Assembly: GCA_021786315.1 (NCBI GenBank)
Contig: JAJYNN010000002.1
Coordinates: forward strand, 31,370-95,369
Direction of reading: 5' to 3'
Length of the DNA stretch: 64,000 nucleotides
Origin: a bacterium
GTDB taxonomy: Bacteria > Patescibacteriota > Microgenomatia > Daviesbacterales > UBA10151
Part shown: piece after piece, positions 1 to 9,510 of the stretch
Position numbering within the stretch: the first letter of the stretch is position 1
Layout of the letters: each line of letters begins with the position of its first letter
Program-made: the position numbers and the translations under genes
Notes under the pieces: generated by a model
Seen by the model: only the letters and a program-made list of their open reading frames with translations
The model's database searches: none
What the model was told of the DNA's origin: nothing

Positions 1-42
1 AAGATGGCCGCCCCTACACAAGCGTCTAAGACACCTTTAGAG

Positions 43-636
43 TTAAACTACTTCGCCTTCTAAGGTAACCACCGGGCCAAAACGCCCCCCGAATTGTTCA
101 CGTTCGCGGTTAATCAGTCTTTCCAGGAGATTTTTGAGCTCAATAGGATAGTCCACATACTCCAAAATTATTTCCCCCTTATTCATCCCGGCGGTATTAA
201 TAATAATCCTGCCGTAGTGCATTAAAATTTTGTCTAAAAACCCCTGGTCAACTTCGATATGGGTAATTTTGTCGTACAAAGCAGCAGTAACCTTAACCGC
301 AAAGATCCCTTTTTTGATAATGACTCTGCGGGTTGTTAAAAGATAGCGGTTGGCATGATAAGCATGCAAAGCCTTTAAAAACCCTCCCACCATGGCCAAA
401 ATTAAACCAACCAATAGCCCGTACCCCAAATTCATCTGCAAAAAATAGGCTAACCCCAACCCTAAGGCCATGAAAATAATTCCCGGCCAGGCAATCCCTG
501 TCACAAACCTCCCCCGGATATAGGCTTTCCCTAAACCGGTCGCCAAAATCAGCTCCTCATCTTCGGCTAAATACTTGGCAAAGGCTTGTCTTTCTTTTTC
601 TGAAGGTGATTCCTTGTAATGTAGCTTAGCCATCAC
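43..636 (-). CDS. membrane protein with bacterial PH (bPH_2, YdbT-like) domain
   Basis: N-terminal hydrophobic helices followed by a YxLTxRRVIIKKG...IxIxTAG pattern typical of bPH_2/DUF304. Confidence 0.55.
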   Translation of the reverse strand: MMAKLHYKESPSEKERQAFAKYLAEDEELILATGLGKAYIRGRFVTGIAWPGIIFMALGLGLAYFLQMNLGYGLLVGLILAMVGGFLKALHAYHANRYLLTTRRVIIKKGIFAVKVTAALYDKITHIEVDQGFLDKILMHYGRIIINTAGMNKGEIILEYVDYPIELKNLLERLINREREQFGGRFGPVVTLEGEVV

Positions 637-654
637 TGACTATAATATCACAGA

Positions 655-2274
655 TTAATATTCAGGCATGCCATGGGGCATCGGAGGAGTTGGAGGTGTA
701 GATTCCGGTTTATCGGTTATTAAAACCTGGGTAGTCATGACCATGACTGCCACCGAGATAGCGTTTTGTAAAGCCGAACGGGTTACTTTAACCGGATCGA
801 TAATTCCGGCTTTCACTAAATCAGCCAACTCGCCTGTGGCCACATTAATTCCTTCATCACCTTTGGCCTCCAAAACTTTAGCCAAAGCTACCCCGTCATC
901 CATCCCAGCATTTTGCACCAGCCTTCGGAAGGGTTTATCCAGTGATTGTTTAACAATATTTACCCCCAATAGAACTTCCTGATTGTCAGAAACAATCTTA
1001 TCCAAAACTTTGGCAGCGCGGATCAAAGCTATTTCCCCACCAGGAACAATTCCCTCTTCAATTGCCGCTTTAGTCGCTGCCACCGCATCAATCACCCGTT
1101 CCTTTTTCTCCTTCATCTCCACCTCAGTCGCCGCCCCGACATTAATCACCGCTACCCCACCGGTTAATTTGGCCAGTCTCTCCTGAAATTTTTCTTTATC
1201 GAATTCTGAATCGGATTTGGCAAGCTCAGAGCGGATATGGGCGATCCGAGCTTGGATTTGGGATTTTGCCCCCTTACCATCCACAATGACTGTTGAATCT
1301 TTGGTTGAGGTAACCCGGCCAGCCCTCCCTAAATCAGAAATCTCTACAGCGTCTAATTTTTTACCGGTCTCTTCCGAGACTACAGTTCCGCCAGTCAAAA
1401 CCGCAATGTCTTCCAACATAGCTTTGCGCCTATCACCAAAACCAGGCGCCTGAACTGCCAGGACATTAATTACCCCTTTAAGCTTATTAACAATCAATAA
1501 AGCCAAGGCTTCACCCTCAATATCATCGGCAATAATCACCAGGTTCCGGGAAACGGAAACAAATTTGTTTAGAAATTCCACTAAATCAGAAGCCTGGGAA
1601 ATCTTTTTGTCGGTAATTAAAATATGGGCATCTTCAATTGAAGACTCCATTCTTTCGGTATCGGTAACAAAGTACGGGGAAGCATAACCTTTATCAAACT
1701 CCATACCTTCCTTGTAATCCACCGACATCTCAGTGGTTTTACCTTCCTCAACAGTGATCACTCCATCCTTGCCTACTTTGGCAATAGCCTCAGAAATAGT
1801 CTGGCCAATCTCCTCGTTTTGGGCGGAAATGGTTGCCACCTGGGTAATCTCCTCGTTGGTGGTCAGTTTTTTGCTCATTTTTTTCAGCTCTTCCACTAAA
1901 GCATCTGTCGCTTTTTCCATCCCCTGACGGAGGATCATCGGATTGGAACCGGCCTGGATATTTTTTAAACCCTCAGAAACAATGGCCCGGGTCAAAATTG
2001 TGGAGGTAGTTGTTCCGTCACCGGCCACGTCGTTGGTTTTGGAAGCCGCTTCTTTAATTAATTGTGCCCCCATATTTTCAAAAGGATCTTCCAACTCAAT
2101 TTCTTTGGCTACAGTTACACCATCGTGCACTACGTTCGGAGCTCCCCATTTTTTATCAATGGCCACATTTCTTCCTTTGGGACCCAAAGTGGAAGCCACA
2201 GCCTCGGTTAAGGTATCAATACCCTTTAATAATTTTTCCCTTGCTTCTGCATCAAATTTCAATATTTTTGCCAT
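655..2274 (-). CDS. groL: chaperonin GroEL (60 kDa)
   Basis: AKxIKFxxxAR...GPKGRNVxI...DGTTTAT motifs over full length; C-terminal GGM-like tail; directly downstream of groES. Confidence 0.97.
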   Translation of the reverse strand: MAKILKFDAEAREKLLKGIDTLTEAVASTLGPKGRNVAIDKKWGAPNVVHDGVTVAKEIELEDPFENMGAQLIKEAASKTNDVAGDGTTTSTILTRAIVSEGLKNIQAGSNPMILRQGMEKATDALVEELKKMSKKLTTNEEITQVATISAQNEEIGQTISEAIAKVGKDGVITVEEGKTTEMSVDYKEGMEFDKGYASPYFVTDTERMESSIEDAHILITDKKISQASDLVEFLNKFVSVSRNLVIIADDIEGEALALLIVNKLKGVINVLAVQAPGFGDRRKAMLEDIAVLTGGTVVSEETGKKLDAVEISDLGRAGRVTSTKDSTVIVDGKGAKSQIQARIAHIRSELAKSDSEFDKEKFQERLAKLTGGVAVINVGAATEVEMKEKKERVIDAVAATKAAIEEGIVPGGEIALIRAAKVLDKIVSDNQEVLLGVNIVKQSLDKPFRRLVQNAGMDDGVALAKVLEAKGDEGINVATGELADLVKAGIIDPVKVTRSALQNAISVAVMVMTTQVLITDKPESTPPTPPMPHGMPEY

Positions 2275-2276
2275 AA

Positions 2277-2609
2277 TTACTCCACAATTGCAATTAAATC
2301 GTCAAACTTTACCAATTTTAACTCTTTGCCGTCAATTTTAATTTCGTTTTCACCCCATTTTTTATAGAACACTTTATCGCCAGCCTTCACCGGAGTTTTG
2401 ATAGTTTTACCATTATCTAAAACCAACTCATCACCAGCTGATAAAACTATACCCATTGCTGGTTTTTCCTGAGCCGATTCCGGAAGGATAATTCCGGCGG
2501 AAGTAGTAGCCTGGGCCTCAGTTGGTTCAATTAAGACATAACCCGAAAGGGGCTTGATACTAGTTTTGGCAGATGTTTTTACATCAAAATCTTTAGCTTT
2601 TCTACCCAT
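2277..2609 (-). CDS. groS: co-chaperonin GroES
   Basis: IKPLxDRVLIE-like core and mobile-loop region; 110 aa; 2 nt upstream of groEL on the same strand. Confidence 0.9.
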   Translation of the reverse strand: MGRKAKDFDVKTSAKTSIKPLSGYVLIEPTEAQATTSAGIILPESAQEKPAMGIVLSAGDELVLDNGKTIKTPVKAGDKVFYKKWGENEIKIDGKELKLVKFDDLIAIVE

Positions 2610-2672
2610 AATCTTTAACAGATGCTTAACTAGGCAGAAATTATATGAGTTATCTAAAATTTTTGCAAGATT

Positions 2673-3335
2673 TTAAATATCTAGAATTTGGTTTTCCCTA
2701 AGGAAGTCTCTGACAGTATCAAAAATAAATTTATGCCCTTTTGCATTTCCGTGTACTCCGTCAAACAACAGTTTTTGATAATCCATATTGATCAACTCAT
2801 TAAAGATTTCCACAAAATGAGCCCCCATCACCCTCGCAGTCGATTTTGCAACTTCGTTATATTCCCTGAGAAATTCATTCTTATAAGAATGGGTTGGCAA
2901 CCAGGGAAGAGGGTCAACTTTTACTTCATCCACCGGTTGGGTTCCAACAATAATCACTTTATCTGAATACTCTTGAGACATCTCGATCAATCTCTCTAAA
3001 TTTTTCTGGAACTCATCCAAGGGAACTCGCAGATGTTTTGTTTTATTTTCAAATAAAGAATCATTAATCGCTGCAGAAATAATAATTATAGTTTCTTCAC
3101 CCTCCCATAACCTTCTTCCAACCTCATCCTCAAATCTTTCTAAAATCCCTTTCGTATCATCCCCGTCAATGGCTAAGTTGTAGACCAACCATTCAAAGTC
3201 AGCTTTAGTTGCCACAACTTTCTCATCAATAACCTTTCTCAATCTTTGCACCCAACCGCCTTCCGGATCCCAGCAACCATAAGTTGTACTCGCCCCAAAA
3301 ACCAGGATATTAGCCATTTGGGATAATTCTACCAC
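2673..3335 (-). CDS. SGNH/GDSL-family hydrolase
   Basis: GASTT block near the N-terminus (GDS-like), GxND block, C-terminal DGVH (DxxH) block; the true start is probably the internal Met near 3269. Confidence 0.55.
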   Translation of the reverse strand: MVELSQMANILVFGASTTYGCWDPEGGWVQRLRKVIDEKVVATKADFEWLVYNLAIDGDDTKGILERFEDEVGRRLWEGEETIIIISAAINDSLFENKTKHLRVPLDEFQKNLERLIEMSQEYSDKVIIVGTQPVDEVKVDPLPWLPTHSYKNEFLREYNEVAKSTARVMGAHFVEIFNELINMDYQKLLFDGVHGNAKGHKFIFDTVRDFLRENQILDI

Positions 3336-3355
3336 CTTACCTTAATCTAATACAT

Positions 3356-4144
3356 TTGCTTTCAATCCTGCAGAAAAATATAATTGAGGCCATGAAAATT
3401 GAATCTAATAATATGGGGGAGCCAGCCACACCGAAAGAGCTGGAGCAATTATTCCAAAGAATTCAACAATATTTGCAAAATCCTCAGGAAAAACAACCTA
3501 AAGAAAATACCACTCCTCAAAAGATAACCAGAGAAATATTCCACGCACCTATTTTAGAAAAAGTTCAAGAGGGACTATGTAAACTTCCCTTACTAGGACA
3601 TCTTTTTTATGGGTGGAAGGCTACAAGCAGAAATGCTGACCTGTTTTTAAGAAGATTGCAAAAAGGCGGTTTAGTTTACGAACAGCTTAAACCGTTTGAT
3701 TACGAAGGGGAAATTGACGGCTTTTACAACCGAGTTACGGAGCAACTCCGTCGAGTCGGCAAACCAATTAATAAAGGAAATTCTAATCTCCTCTACAAAT
3801 GGAAATATCAATATATTGGCGAAAAAGAACTCACCCTCGAACTGCACGAAGGAGGGTTCTTTGATAAGGCCTTGAGAATTGATTACCGCCACTATCCCCA
3901 TTTTTGGGGAATCAGGGATAGGTTAACCTACAAAGCGCATATTGTAAGCGGTAGGAATTTTACTCTTACAAGAAATAAAGAAAGAAGCCAAAAAAGAACC
4001 AAGGAAGGGAATGAAAAAGAGCCTCCATTTATCTGGGAACATCAAGTATCGCCGGGACATTGGTCGGTAGGAGAAACAATCCAGGCGGATATTGCCGAAC
4101 TTACGGAAGCCATTGACAGGCTTTTCTTAAACCCTCAGGATTAA
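3356..4144 (+). CDS. hypothetical protein
   Basis: 262-aa ORF with no recognisable motif. Confidence 0.35.
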   Translation: MLSILQKNIIEAMKIESNNMGEPATPKELEQLFQRIQQYLQNPQEKQPKENTTPQKITREIFHAPILEKVQEGLCKLPLLGHLFYGWKATSRNADLFLRRLQKGGLVYEQLKPFDYEGEIDGFYNRVTEQLRRVGKPINKGNSNLLYKWKYQYIGEKELTLELHEGGFFDKALRIDYRHYPHFWGIRDRLTYKAHIVSGRNFTLTRNKERSQKRTKEGNEKEPPFIWEHQVSPGHWSVGETIQADIAELTEAIDRLFLNPQD

Positions 4145-5451
4145 TTCCCTCCCGGTGTTGCTGCAACACGTCGGCTGTATTTATTAAAGACATCTGTAAT
4201 ACTTGCTTGGGTGTTTTGTAGAAGCACCGACGGAAGTTGCCCGCCCATCACCCCGTCTATAGCTGTTTGGTATAGGTTAATCATCTCTTCGTTGATGCCG
4301 TGATCCCCGGTTTGGGAATTTAAATACCAGCTACGGTAAAACGGGGCCTGGGAAACAAACGGCCCCATTATCGGATCGTTAATTAAAAGGTCTGACATAT
4401 CAACCCGGGAAAAAATTCTTGCCGGAGTTTGGGCCTGAGCGTGTTGTTGGTAAATTAATTGCTGAGTTTCCGGCGAAAGCAGATAATTTAAAAATTCCCA
4501 AGCCTCTTTAGGATTCTTGGACGTACCCGAAACCCCCGCTGCCCAAAAAGAACCCCAGTCGACGTTTCTTCCGGGAAGCTGGGGAACCGGAGCAATTTTA
4601 AAATGTAAATTAGGATTGGCTTGAAAAATCTGGGCCTGACTTAAGGGCCCAAAATAAAACGCTAACTTCCCGTCGGAAAACATCTGGGTTGAAGAGGGTA
4701 AGGTCACATCCCAGGTTTTATTTTTAGGGTCAGTGATAAAACTTGTATAAAATTGCAATACCTCCCCTCCTGCCTGGTTAGCCGGTTGTGTCAGGCTACC
4801 GTCAGGTTGTTGCAAAAACAACAGCCCTAAAATTTCCGGCCAGTAATCTACATTATTAGTAGAGCCTAGCGCTGCTCCGGCAGTTTGTATCTGGCCTTGT
4901 TGGTTTTTAACCGTCACTTTTCTGGCTGAATCAATAAACTCCTGCCAAGTTTTTGGGGTTTCAAGCCCTACCCCCTTTAAAATGTCCTCATTGTAATAGA
5001 GGGCTAAGCCATCCACCTCCAGCGGCAAGGCGTAAATGTTCCCCTGCCAGGTAAGGGATTCCTTGGCCACCGGGTAAAAAGTTTTCTCAAAGTCTTTCGT
5101 AGAGATCATGGATGTGGGAAGCGGAGACAAATCCTCCCAAAACATTGGTATCCAGGAAGAATGGATTTCCACAATATCCGGACCTTCCCCAGATTCCATC
5201 TGCGTCTGAACACGGGTGCGGTAGTTTAAGATAGTTTGTTTATTATAGGTAATTTTTACCTTGGGGTGAGAAAGTTGGTATTTTTCAATCACCGCCTGCA
5301 TTACCTGTTCATCTTCCCCTAACCCCCAATAAGAAAGCTCAACAGTTTTATTGTTTGATGAGGATTTATTAGATAAAACTGCCTGATAAACCCAAAATAA
5401 TATCCCTAAAAACACTGAAGCCGCTAAAACCAAGAGGATTGTTTTCTTCAC
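4141..5451 (-). CDS. extracellular solute-binding protein (ABC transporter SBP, family 1-like)
   Basis: N-terminal signal/anchor; overall pattern of sugar-type periplasmic binding proteins; no permease or ATPase adjacent. Confidence 0.6.
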   Translation of the reverse strand: MKKTILLVLAASVFLGILFWVYQAVLSNKSSSNNKTVELSYWGLGEDEQVMQAVIEKYQLSHPKVKITYNKQTILNYRTRVQTQMESGEGPDIVEIHSSWIPMFWEDLSPLPTSMISTKDFEKTFYPVAKESLTWQGNIYALPLEVDGLALYYNEDILKGVGLETPKTWQEFIDSARKVTVKNQQGQIQTAGAALGSTNNVDYWPEILGLLFLQQPDGSLTQPANQAGGEVLQFYTSFITDPKNKTWDVTLPSSTQMFSDGKLAFYFGPLSQAQIFQANPNLHFKIAPVPQLPGRNVDWGSFWAAGVSGTSKNPKEAWEFLNYLLSPETQQLIYQQHAQAQTPARIFSRVDMSDLLINDPIMGPFVSQAPFYRSWYLNSQTGDHGINEEMINLYQTAIDGVMGGQLPSVLLQNTQASITDVFNKYSRRVAATPGGN

Positions 5452-5531
5452 ACTTCGATTATATCAGTTTTCAGCTTGGTACATTCAGTTTACATGAACG
5501 TACCTTGATCAGATAGCCTAAAGCCTATACA

Positions 5532-7331
5532 ATGGCATTGTTAATGTTTCACCCTAAATTACCCCGATCCCTTTCTAAATTACTCCCGCTCATTGTTTTA
5601 GGACTGCTAACTATCGTGGCGTTTTCTTACCTTCTTTTTTTAAACTACTACCAAGGGAAAATTTTCCCGGGCATTTATATTGCTACATATAATGTAGGCA
5701 GTGAGACACCCGCGAATGTTTACCAAACCTTAAACCAAGAGTTTAACCAGCGTTCGAACAGAGAACTGAAATTTAATTATGAAGGACAAAACTTTGTCCT
5801 AAATCCTAAAAGCGCTTCCCCCAATTTAGACATTAACGCTACCGTAACGGAAGCTTACTCCAAGGGACGCGGAAGGAATTATCTGGAAAATTTCCGGACT
5901 CAACTGCAGGCTTTGATCTTTGGCTTTAAAATTGGTCCCAAGCTTACTTTTGACCGTCCTTCATCCTTAATTTATCAGGTGAGCAGCATCAACCAGGTTA
6001 TTAAAAAGGACCCCCAGGATGCTAAATTAGCGTTAGGGGAAAATATTATTATTACCCCTCAAGAGGTCGGTCAAGAGTTAGACAGCAGGTTATTACTGGA
6101 ACAGGTAGAAAATTATTTAAGCCTAAGTTCGTCTGCCCCGAAAACGCTGCCTCTAAAAACACTTATTCCAAAGTTTACTTCAGAAACTGCCCAAACTTAT
6201 GCCGAAGCCCTGGAAAACATCAAACAAAATCCCATCAAAATCCACCACGGCAAGGATAGTTTACTGGTTGACCAAGTTACACTCTTTAATCTGCTGGATA
6301 TGAGCGGTGTTGACCCTGATCAGGTTGTAGAAACAGAAAATATTAGAGGCTCACAAGTTAGAATTGACAATACAAAATTAACTCAATACCTGCAAAATAT
6401 GATTTCAGCAATTAACCAGGACGCCCGGGATGCCCGTTTTGTTTTTGACTCCAACACCAAAAGGGTCAAAGAGTTCCAGTCCGCCCAGGAAGGCAGAGAG
6501 GTAGATATTGAACGAACCGGGAACCTGTTAGCCCAGGCAGCCATGCAAGCCACCAGTTCCGATATCGACCTGCCGGTAAAAATTACTAAACCCAATGTAG
6601 CCACTGCCGACGTTAACAACTTTGGTATTAAAGATCTTTTAGGCAGAGGTTTTTCCAATTTCGCCGGTTCCATAGATAACCGCATTTATAATATCGGCCT
6701 GGCCGCCTCCCGATTAAACGGTGTTTTAATAGCACCCGGCGAAACCTTCTCATTTAATAAAACTGTTGGGGAAATCTCCGGGGCCACCGGTTATAAACCG
6801 GCTTATGTGATTAAATCCGGAAGAACGGTTTTGGATGACGGAGGAGGAGTTTGCCAGGTTTCCACCACCCTGTTCCGGGCTATCCTTAATTCTGGTTTAC
6901 CTATCACCCAACGGACTGCCCACGCTTACCGGGTCGGCTACTACGAACAGGGGTTTCCTCCGGGGCTGGACGCTACAGTCTTTGCTCCTTCTGTTGATTT
7001 TCAATTTAAAAACGATACCGGATCTTATATTCTCCTTCAGGCTTACACTTCGGGAGCAACTTTAACCATTGATGTTTACGGAGCCAGTGATGGACGGGTG
7101 GCGACAGTCTCTACCCCGGTTGTTTCCAACCAAACCCCACCCCCGCCCGACCTCCGCCAAGATGACCCCACATTACCCCGCGGCACGGTCAAACAAGTGG
7201 ACTGGTCACCCTGGGGAGCCAATGTCAGCTTCAACCGCACCGTCATCCGCAACGGCGAAACCTTAATTTCGGAAACCTGGAAGTCCAACTACCGCCCCTG
7301 GCAAGCAATTTATTTAGTTGGTACTCAGTAA
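5532..7331 (+). CDS. VanW-family protein
   Basis: N-terminal TM helix plus conserved VanW block (PGETFSFN...GGGVCQVSTTLFRA...RxxHxY...DATV). Confidence 0.85.
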   Translation: MALLMFHPKLPRSLSKLLPLIVLGLLTIVAFSYLLFLNYYQGKIFPGIYIATYNVGSETPANVYQTLNQEFNQRSNRELKFNYEGQNFVLNPKSASPNLDINATVTEAYSKGRGRNYLENFRTQLQALIFGFKIGPKLTFDRPSSLIYQVSSINQVIKKDPQDAKLALGENIIITPQEVGQELDSRLLLEQVENYLSLSSSAPKTLPLKTLIPKFTSETAQTYAEALENIKQNPIKIHHGKDSLLVDQVTLFNLLDMSGVDPDQVVETENIRGSQVRIDNTKLTQYLQNMISAINQDARDARFVFDSNTKRVKEFQSAQEGREVDIERTGNLLAQAAMQATSSDIDLPVKITKPNVATADVNNFGIKDLLGRGFSNFAGSIDNRIYNIGLAASRLNGVLIAPGETFSFNKTVGEISGATGYKPAYVIKSGRTVLDDGGGVCQVSTTLFRAILNSGLPITQRTAHAYRVGYYEQGFPPGLDATVFAPSVDFQFKNDTGSYILLQAYTSGATLTIDVYGASDGRVATVSTPVVSNQTPPPPDLRQDDPTLPRGTVKQVDWSPWGANVSFNRTVIRNGETLISETWKSNYRPWQAIYLVGTQ

Positions 7332-7970
7332 CTCTTTTAAGAAATCTTTAATCTCTTGCCTACGACTTTGATTTTGATCAGGTCCGCTAATTTCATCTAG
7401 GATTTCCTTTGACTTTTCAACAGACTTTCTGGCCTCCTCTATTTTTCCAGCTCTTTTTTGTACCTGAGCCAGGTCAAAATAAGCGCTCGAGAGGAAAAAC
7501 TTCTCTGGGCTTGGAGCAATCTCAACAATTCCTTTTTGTATGGTTTGCTCCGCCAGAGCCAGCTCCTCCTCATCAAGGTACACTTTCCCCAGCTTAACCC
7601 GGGTCATCCCCAAGTGTCCGGGAAATTTTTGTAAATGATCCAAGCTTTCTTGGTAATACCTTTTGGCTTGATCATAATTTTTCTGAGCTTTGGCTACCAG
7701 TCCCAAATCCCGAAGCGTTGCCCCAACAAGCATTTCATCACCCAATCTTTCCAACTCTTTTTGGGCCTTTTCCAAACTAGTTATAGCCTCCCGGTAACTT
7801 TCATCCTGATAATAGGCCACCCCGATCATATGCAGGCACTCCGCCCCCAGCCTTCGATCACCCACCCTTAAAGCCTGTTCTCTTACCTTCTGGTAATCAG
7901 CAACAGCTTGCTTAATTTGGCCGTTGTTTCTCTCAATTTGTGCCTTTTCAAACAATTCTTTTTCCGACAT
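7314..7970 (-). CDS. tetratricopeptide-repeat protein
   Basis: Repeated 34-aa units with the AxxYY/AxxxYQKALE pattern. Confidence 0.7.
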   Translation of the reverse strand: MSEKELFEKAQIERNNGQIKQAVADYQKVREQALRVGDRRLGAECLHMIGVAYYQDESYREAITSLEKAQKELERLGDEMLVGATLRDLGLVAKAQKNYDQAKRYYQESLDHLQKFPGHLGMTRVKLGKVYLDEEELALAEQTIQKGIVEIAPSPEKFFLSSAYFDLAQVQKRAGKIEEARKSVEKSKEILDEISGPDQNQSRRQEIKDFLKELLSTN

Positions 7971-8008
7971 ACTTAGTGGTATTATACCTTTAGTAAAACA
8001 AGTCTTAT

Positions 8009-8602
8009 ATGAGATATTTCATCGCCCTGGAAATTCCCGAAGAATCTAAACACGAGCTTAAAGCTGTCCAAAGAGAGATCGAGCAAATTATTCCTCAGGT
8101 AAGAATTACCAATAGCGAGAAATTACATCTGACAATTGCCTTTATCGGTGAACAACCGGAAAAATTAAAAGACCGGATTGTCCAGGTAATTGCCCAGGCT
8201 ACCTCAGAGATTCCTCCTTTTTCTATCACCCCCGCCTACATTGACGGTTTTCCTCATCTCCACACCGCCCACACCTTTTGGGTGGGAGTCAAAGGGGATA
8301 TCGATAAACTGGTCATTATTGAGGAAAGGATTAAGGATGGCTTAATCGGCTTGGGGCTTGATCCGGACGACCGCCGCTATGTTCCCCATATCGCAATTGG
8401 CAAAATTTCCGGGGACTTTCAGCTGCAGCCGGAACAGGAAGCAAAATTACAGGAAATGATGGTCAGAAATTCTTTTGAACCCATCCATATTTCCTCAATT
8501 AAACTGTTTGAATCAATTCCGGAAGAAGGTTTTCACCGTCACAACACATTAGCCGAAGTGGCGTTATCCCCCGAATCCTCCATCGGAGTCTCCAGTGCCT
8601 GA
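8009..8602 (+). CDS. 2H phosphoesterase superfamily protein (LigT/ThpR-like RNA 2',3'-cyclic phosphodiesterase)
   Basis: RYFIALEIP...HLTIAFIG first H-x-T motif and a second HIAIG block; the second motif lacks Thr. Confidence 0.5.
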   Translation: MRYFIALEIPEESKHELKAVQREIEQIIPQVRITNSEKLHLTIAFIGEQPEKLKDRIVQVIAQATSEIPPFSITPAYIDGFPHLHTAHTFWVGVKGDIDKLVIIEERIKDGLIGLGLDPDDRRYVPHIAIGKISGDFQLQPEQEAKLQEMMVRNSFEPIHISSIKLFESIPEEGFHRHNTLAEVALSPESSIGVSSA

Positions 8603-9432
8603 GGGGCTAGATAATAAACTTCCTTTTTAAAAGCATGGTCGGTAAACATAAACTCACCTTTTCCTTCAATTATCGCCTGATAATTCCGACAGTGTCGGCA
8701 AAGTGATTCTCCCTCAGGACAAACCCATTCATTCTTTTCGATTGCCTCCTGGATCTGTAATCCCTTTTCTTTTAACCAATCCAAAGTCTTTTCGGTTGGT
8801 TCCAGTATGATCTCCCGCGGGGTATCCTCCCGATCTAAATACCAATAACTCGCCTTGGTCACCGGCTTTTGGTAGTAGTTTTCCGAGAGAATGGCATAGA
8901 TATAGAGCTGGATTGGGTCTTTCTCGTCTTTAACCCCGGTTTTAAAATCAATCACAAGCAGGGTTCCGTCGGGAAGTTCACCCACAAAATCCATGTTTCC
9001 GGTCAGTATTATTTTATTAGAAAGCGGGTATTTCGGGAAGTTGGCGAAGGGAGCCATTTTCCCCAACCGGCCCGCGTTTTTGATAAAGTTGGCCACCATC
9101 GAAAGTCCCCGCTTGCCAAAAACCGCTTCCTCCTCATCCGAGGCAAATCCACCCCTTTTACCATGGAACTTCCACCACAGGCTGCGGAACTTGTCTTCGG
9201 CAGAAACTAATGAAGGTTTATCTAAATCCTCCAGGTACCATTTGGCCACATCGTGAACCACCGCCCCCAGACTAATGTTGGGTGAAGCTATCTGCAACCG
9301 GAACCCGTGTTCCGGATCGCGGTAAACATTCTTCAAATAATAGGCCCGGGGACAGTTTGTAAAATCATTTAAGGAGGTGTGGGAGAGAAAAATTGCATCT
9401 TTGATAAAGATTGAGGGCTTGTGCGGGACCAT
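8539..9432 (-). CDS. PD-(D/E)XK nuclease, Cas4/AddB-nuclease-like, with four-Cys cluster
   Basis: N-terminal Cys (FTNCPRAYYL), IDFKTG...QLYIY RecB-nuclease motif, C-terminal CX5CX2C; overlaps the 3' end of the convergent LigT-like gene. Confidence 0.6.
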   Translation of the reverse strand: MVPHKPSIFIKDAIFLSHTSLNDFTNCPRAYYLKNVYRDPEHGFRLQIASPNISLGAVVHDVAKWYLEDLDKPSLVSAEDKFRSLWWKFHGKRGGFASDEEEAVFGKRGLSMVANFIKNAGRLGKMAPFANFPKYPLSNKIILTGNMDFVGELPDGTLLVIDFKTGVKDEKDPIQLYIYAILSENYYQKPVTKASYWYLDREDTPREIILEPTEKTLDWLKEKGLQIQEAIEKNEWVCPEGESLCRHCRNYQAIIEGKGEFMFTDHAFKKEVYYLAPQALETPMEDSGDNATSANVL

Positions 9433-9510
9433 TAATTAAAGTTACACCCAAAAAATACTCTAGGACAAGATAGACTTTCTGGAACAAACTGGGTCTGATA
9501 CAATATCGGC

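Noticed and set aside
668-2341. Several 60-130-aa plus-strand ORFs (668..982, 983..1186, 1217..1453, 1733..1927, 1943..2341, 2064..2276)
   Set aside because: Antisense to the highly conserved groEL coding sequence; low-complexity A/S/T/P-rich translations typical of spurious antisense frames.
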